Of a DNA stretch of 64,000 bases, positions 59,366 through 64,000 are shown piece after piece (the first letter of the stretch is position 1; each line of letters begins with the position of its first letter). Below the pieces are notes generated by a model that searched no databases, was not told where the DNA came from, and saw only the letters and a program-made list of their open reading frames with translations. The position numbers and the translations under genes were made by a program. The stretch is taken from the NCBI GenBank assembly GCA_965248835.1, contig CBDFLJ010000001.1, forward strand, positions 480,001 through 544,000, written 5' to 3'. This stretch comes from Alphaproteobacteria bacterium (GTDB taxonomy: Bacteria > Pseudomonadota > Alphaproteobacteria > MPNO01).

Positions 59366-59821
59366 CGTGACTTCGACTTCTCCCCTCTTTTCCGTTCCGC
59401 CATCGGCTTCGACAGGCTGCCGAGTCTCGTGGACTCGGCGCTGCGCGGCAGCGTGGCGGCGGACGCCTATCCGCCCTACAACATCCAGAAGGTCGCCGAG
59501 GACGCCTACTGCGTGAGCATCGCGGTTGCGGGTTTCGCCGAGGCCGACCTCTCGGTCGAGGTGCGCGACGGCGTGCTCGTGGTCACCGGACAGCGCAAGG
59601 GGGCCGATGAGGGCGTGTCCTACCTGCATCGCGGCATCGCCGGGCGCTCTTTCGTGCGCCGCTTCCAGCTCGCCGAGCATGTCGAGGTGCGCAATGCCGC
59701 GCTCGCCGACGGCATGCTGACCATCAACCTGGTGCGCGAGGTGCCTGAGGCCCTCAAGCCGCGCACGATCGAGATCCGCAGCACGGCGCCGACGGCGATC
59801 GGAGCCCCGAAGGCGGCCTGA
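59363..59821 (+). CDS. ibpA: Small heat shock protein (Hsp20)
   Basis: FDFSPLFRSAIGFD, YPPYNI, AVAGF, YLHRGIA, PEALKPRTIEI. Confidence 0.93.
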   Translation: MRDFDFSPLFRSAIGFDRLPSLVDSALRGSVAADAYPPYNIQKVAEDAYCVSIAVAGFAEADLSVEVRDGVLVVTGQRKGADEGVSYLHRGIAGRSFVRRFQLAEHVEVRNAALADGMLTINLVREVPEALKPRTIEIRSTAPTAIGAPKAA

Positions 59822-59844
59822 GCGCGGGATCATCGACGTAAACC

Positions 59845-59873
59845 GGGGCCGGGCGGGACCACCGCCCGGCCCC
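59845..59873 (+). terminator. GC-rich hairpin after ibpA
   Basis: GGGGCCGGGCGG-GACCA-CCGCCCGGCCCC, 12-bp perfect stem; no U-tract. Confidence 0.5.
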
Positions 59874-60046
59874 AACGCCGTCACATAAGTGCGGAATCGG
59901 GACCGGAGACATAATCGGATCTTGACAAATCGGCCATCGAAAACAAGTTTCCCGCGGCCCATGACGAAGGCCGCGCCGGCGCAGGCGGGATCGCGGCTTT
60001 CGCGCCACGGCTGCCGAACGGAATCGCTGCGGGGAGGTGATATCTG

Positions 60047-60991
60047 ATGAGCAAGATGCTCGAGCTTCGTGGGCTGACCAAGCGATTCGGACCCCTGACC
60101 GCCGTCGACGGCATCAGTCTGACCGTCGACCGGGGCGAGGTCCTGGGCTTCCTGGGGCCCAACGGTGCCGGCAAGTCGACGACGATGAAAATGGTGACCG
60201 GCTTCCTGCCGCCGAGCGCGGGTACCGCGACGGTCTGCGGTTTCGACGTCGTGCGCGAGCCGTTGGAGGTCAAGCGCCGGGTGGGCTACCTGCCCGAGGG
60301 CGCACCGCTTTATGAGGACATGACCCCGCTGGGTTTCCTCAACTTCGTCAGCGAGGTCCGCGCCATCCCGGCCGACAAGCGCGCCGCGGCGATCGAGCGT
60401 GCCTCGCGGATGATCAACATCACGGACGTGATGCACCAGCCGATCGGCACGCTGTCCAAAGGCTACAAGCGCCGCGTCGGGCTCGCCCAGGCGATCGTCC
60501 ACGACCCCGAGGTCCTGGTCCTGGACGAGCCGACCGATGGGCTGGATCCCAACCAGAAGCACGAGGTGCGCACGCTGATCACCGAGATGGCCGCCAGCAA
60601 GGCGATCGTGATCTCCACGCACCTGCTCGAGGAAGTCGACGCCGTGTGCTCGCGCGCGGTGATCATCTCGCGCGGCAAGGTGATCATCGACGGCACGCCG
60701 GAGGAGCTGCACGCCCAGTCGCGCTATCACAACGCGGTCAGCATCCGCATCGCCTCGGACCGGCTTGCCGCGACCCGCGAAATGCTGAAGGCCATCGGCG
60801 GTGTCGGCAGCGTCGAGGTCGTCGAGGAGGCCGGGTCACGCGTGCTGATCCTGGTCACCCCGCAGAACGGCCAGATGATCATGCCGCAGATCAGCGAGAG
60901 GATTCAGGCCGGTTCGCTGGTAGCCGAGGAGATCGTCGTCGAGCGGGGCCGGCTCGACGAGGTCTTCAGGATGCTAACGGTCGGCGAGTAG
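60047..60991 (+). CDS. ABC transporter ATP-binding protein (GldA-like)
   Basis: GPNGAGKST, LSKGYKRR, LDEPTDGLDPNQ, STH. Confidence 0.92.
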   Translation: MSKMLELRGLTKRFGPLTAVDGISLTVDRGEVLGFLGPNGAGKSTTMKMVTGFLPPSAGTATVCGFDVVREPLEVKRRVGYLPEGAPLYEDMTPLGFLNFVSEVRAIPADKRAAAIERASRMINITDVMHQPIGTLSKGYKRRVGLAQAIVHDPEVLVLDEPTDGLDPNQKHEVRTLITEMAASKAIVISTHLLEEVDAVCSRAVIISRGKVIIDGTPEELHAQSRYHNAVSIRIASDRLAATREMLKAIGGVGSVEVVEEAGSRVLILVTPQNGQMIMPQISERIQAGSLVAEEIVVERGRLDEVFRMLTVGE

Positions 60992-61000
60992 GAAGAAACC

Positions 61001-61735
61001 ATGCAAGCGACCACGGCAATCTGCAAGCGCGAGCTGGTGGCCTATTTCTCGACCCCGCTCGCCTACGTGTTCATCGTGATCTTTCTGGCCCTGACCGGGG
61101 CGGTGACCTTCTATTTCGGCGGGTTCTTCAACCGCGGCCAGGCCGATCTCCAGGCGTTTTTCGCCTTCCATCCCTGGCTCTATCTGTTCCTGATCCCCTC
61201 GATCGGCATGCGGCTGTGGGCCGAGGAGCGCAAGTCCGGCACGATCGAGCTTCTGATGACGCTGCCGGTCTCGACCACGCAGGCGGTGATCGGCAAGTTC
61301 CTGGCCTCGTGGATCTTCGCTGGGATCGCGCTTGCCCTGACCTTCCCGATCTGGATCACGGTCAACTACCTGGGCTCGCCCGATAACGGGGTGATCATTG
61401 TGAGCTATTTCGGCAGCCTGTTGGTGGCCGGCGCATTTCTGTCGATCGGCTGCTTCGTGTCCGCGCTCACCCGCAACCAGGTGATCGCCTTCGTGATCGC
61501 CGCAGCGGTGTGCTTCGTCTTCATGATGAGCGGGCTGGAACTCGTGCTGTCGGCGTTCAAGGGCTGGGCGCCGAGCTTCGTGGTCGATGTGATCGCCTCG
61601 CTCAGCTTCCTGTCGCATTTCGACGGCATCCTCAAGGGCGTCGTCGACGTGCGCGACGTGATCTACCTGCTGTCCGCCATCGTGATCTTCCTGTTCGCCA
61701 ACAAGCTGATGATCGACCTCAAGAGGGGGACCTGA
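61001..61735 (+). CDS. ABC-2 type permease (GldF-like)
   Basis: YFSTPLAY, MRLWAEERKSGTIELL, SALTRNQVIAF. Confidence 0.9.
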   Translation: MQATTAICKRELVAYFSTPLAYVFIVIFLALTGAVTFYFGGFFNRGQADLQAFFAFHPWLYLFLIPSIGMRLWAEERKSGTIELLMTLPVSTTQAVIGKFLASWIFAGIALALTFPIWITVNYLGSPDNGVIIVSYFGSLLVAGAFLSIGCFVSALTRNQVIAFVIAAAVCFVFMMSGLELVLSAFKGWAPSFVVDVIASLSFLSHFDGILKGVVDVRDVIYLLSAIVIFLFANKLMIDLKRGT

Positions 61736-61736
61736 G

Positions 61737-63644
61737 GTGTATTTCTGGGATCAGCGGAAACTCGGCGTCGCCGGTCTCGTCCTTGCGATCGTCCTGTTTC
61801 TCGCGCTCAACATCTTTTCCAACGGCGCGCTGAGGAACCTGCAGGCCGATCTGACATCGGACGGGCTGTATTCGGTCTCCGAAGGCACCGAGAAGGTGCT
61901 GGCCGAACTGAACGAGCGGATTACGCTGCGCTTTTTCGTCTCGCGCGCGTTGCTGGATGCGAGCCCGGGGCTGGGCACTTATTCGACCCGCGCCCAGGAG
62001 TTGGTCCAGCGCTATGTCGACCGGTCGGGCGGCAAGATCCGGCTGGAGGTCATCGATCCCAAGCCGTTTTCGCCCGAGGAGGACCGCGCGGTCGGGTTCG
62101 GCCTCCAGGGCGTGCCGCTTAGCGAGGTGGGCGAACTCGGCTATTTCGGCATTGCCGGCACCAACACCACCGACGACCAGGACGTGCTCGCCTTCCTGCA
62201 ACCGCAGCGCGAGCCGTTCCTCGAATACGACCTCACCCGGTTGATCCACAACCTCGCCAACCCCAAGAAGAAGGTCATCGGCCTAGTCTCCGGCATCCCG
62301 ATCGATGCCGACCCCGCCATGCAGTACAAGCCCTGGCGGGTGGTCGAGCAGATGAAGCAGTTCTTCGAGGTCAAGAGCCTCGGGCTCGATCCGAAGATCA
62401 CCGGAGACATCGATGTCCTGATGATCGTCCACCCGTTCGGGTTGAGCGAGGAGACGCAGTATGCGGTCGACCAGTTCGTGATGCGCGGCGGCAAGACGAT
62501 GATCTTCGTCGACCCCTTTGCCGAGGAGGGCTCGCGCTCGAACGCCGCCATGCGGCTGCCGCCCGACTACGGCTCCAACATGGAAAAGCTGTTCAAGGCC
62601 TGGGGGATCGAATACAGCCAGGACGAGGTTCTGGGCGATCTCGGCTCGGCCCAGCGGGTGAGCGCCGGCGTCGATCCGCGCGGCCGGCCGATCATTACCG
62701 ACTACGTCGCCTGGCTGACGCTGCGGCCGGAGCGCTTCAATCCCGATGATGTGATCACCGGGCAGCTTGGTCTGATCAACGTGGCGAGCGCGGGCTTCAT
62801 CGACAAGGCCAAGGACGCCACAATCACCTTCGAGCCGCTGATCACCTCGACCAAGGCCGCCGCCCCCGTCGAGGCCCAGAAGGTGCGTTTCCAGCCCAAC
62901 CCGGCGGAGATCCTCAAGGCGTTTGAGCCGAAGGACAAGTCATTGACCCTGGCCGCCCGGATCGGAGGCAAGCTCAAGAGCGCCTTCCCCGCCGGCGCGC
63001 CCAAACCGAAGGATGCCGACAAGGACGCCGAAGAGGCGGACAAGCCGGCGCCCCACTTGGCGGAGTCCAAGGATGTCGTCAACCTCATCGTCGTTGCCGA
63101 CAGCGATATCCTGGCCGATTCTTTCTGGCTTCAGACCCAGGATTTCTTCGGCCAGAGACTCGTCACCCCGGTCGCTGACAACGCCAACTTCGTGATCAAC
63201 GCGCTGGACAACCTCTCGGGCTCGAGCGCCCTGATCAGCCTCAGGAGCCGAGGCCTGTCCAGCCGCCCGTTCGAGCACGTGCTCAAGATCCAGAAGGAGG
63301 CGGAACTCAAATACCGTGACCGCGAGCGCGCTCTGGTCAAGCAGCTCGAAGACGTGGAGAGCAAGCTCGAGGACCTTCAGACGAAGGAGAAGGCTGGCGG
63401 CGGTGCCATCCTGTCGGAAAAGCAGCAGGAGGCGATCGACAAGTTCCGTCTCGAGATCCGCAAGGTCCGCCGCGATTTGCGCGACGTCCGCCGCGACCTG
63501 CGCGAGGACATCGACACGCTCGATGCCTGGATCAAGGTGCTCAATATCGTTGCGATGCCCGTCCTGATCGCCTTGTTCGCCATCGTCTTTCTGGTCGCGC
63601 GCGGCCGGCGGATGCGCCGGCACAGCGCCGCCCCGGCCGCCTGA
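61737..63644 (+). CDS. GldG-family ABC auxiliary protein
   Basis: N- and C-terminal TM, DLT..LYSVSEGT, EYDLT, DQFVMRGG, N..FVINALD, coiled coil. Confidence 0.88.
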   Translation: MYFWDQRKLGVAGLVLAIVLFLALNIFSNGALRNLQADLTSDGLYSVSEGTEKVLAELNERITLRFFVSRALLDASPGLGTYSTRAQELVQRYVDRSGGKIRLEVIDPKPFSPEEDRAVGFGLQGVPLSEVGELGYFGIAGTNTTDDQDVLAFLQPQREPFLEYDLTRLIHNLANPKKKVIGLVSGIPIDADPAMQYKPWRVVEQMKQFFEVKSLGLDPKITGDIDVLMIVHPFGLSEETQYAVDQFVMRGGKTMIFVDPFAEEGSRSNAAMRLPPDYGSNMEKLFKAWGIEYSQDEVLGDLGSAQRVSAGVDPRGRPIITDYVAWLTLRPERFNPDDVITGQLGLINVASAGFIDKAKDATITFEPLITSTKAAAPVEAQKVRFQPNPAEILKAFEPKDKSLTLAARIGGKLKSAFPAGAPKPKDADKDAEEADKPAPHLAESKDVVNLIVVADSDILADSFWLQTQDFFGQRLVTPVADNANFVINALDNLSGSSALISLRSRGLSSRPFEHVLKIQKEAELKYRDRERALVKQLEDVESKLEDLQTKEKAGGGAILSEKQQEAIDKFRLEIRKVRRDLRDVRRDLREDIDTLDAWIKVLNIVAMPVLIALFAIVFLVARGRRMRRHSAAPAA

Positions 63645-63668
63645 GCGCTGCGAGGAGAGCTTACGCCG

Positions 63669-64000
63669 ATGAAACCCGGATCGTTCCTGAGCCTGGCCGC
63701 GCTGACGGTTATCGTGGTGATCGCCGCGGTGGTAACGGTTTTCCAGCAACGGGCGCTGACCACCATTGCGACCGATCGCGAGCGGGCCTTCGCGACGCTT
63801 GCCGATCGGGTCAACGATGCCGTCGAGGTCGAGATCGTCTCCACCGAGGCCAAGTTCGCGCTGGTCAAGAGCGGCAATGACTGGGGCCTGAAGGACCGCG
63901 CGAACTATCCGATCCACTTCGACAGGATCAAGAAGACGATCGTCGGGCTGGCCGAGCTCAAGCTGCTCGAAGCCAAGACCAGAGATCCGGCGCGCCACGA
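63669..64000 (+). CDS. DUF4340-like membrane-anchored protein, partial
   Basis: Not in ORF track; MKPGSFLSLAALTVIVVIAAVV...WGLKDRANYP...LLEAKTRDPARH; follows gldG-like gene after GAGGAG RBS. Confidence 0.75.
   Translation, partial: MKPGSFLSLAALTVIVVIAAVVTVFQQRALTTIATDRERAFATLADRVNDAVEVEIVSTEAKFALVKSGNDWGLKDRANYPIHFDRIKKTIVGLAELKLLEAKTRDPARH

Overview
High-GC alphaproteobacterial chromosome segment (Rhodospirillales-like, judged from gene content and order). It starts at the head of the dcw cluster (rsmH, mraZ with MraZ-box repeats, rnpB) and contains housekeeping blocks (etfBA-hbd, gluQ, hemF, petABC, ibpA with a sigma32 promoter and ROSE thermometer, a GldAFG-like ABC system) interleaved with accessory catabolic genes. 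Main observations: (i) a selenoneine-type selenium cluster (senA, senB, and selD fused to a flavoprotein domain) with senB antisense between selD and senA, downstream of a tightly coupled run of EamA, two different MetE-like Zn enzymes, a cysteine hydrolase and an unknown protein; (ii) an mtnP-mtnA-aldolase/SDR fusion-ADH operon resembling a variant DHAP shunt; (iii) overlapping LexA-like and CtrA-like boxes upstream of mraZ; (iv) a GcrA protein lacking its DNA-binding domain; (v) several deletion scars not shown as genes in the ORF track (trmL remnant, internally deleted FAD oxidoreductase, ABC fragments, IS-end-like stubs). No CRISPR array, tRNA, rRNA, prophage or intact transposase was seen. 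All calls come from manual motif reading, not database searches.
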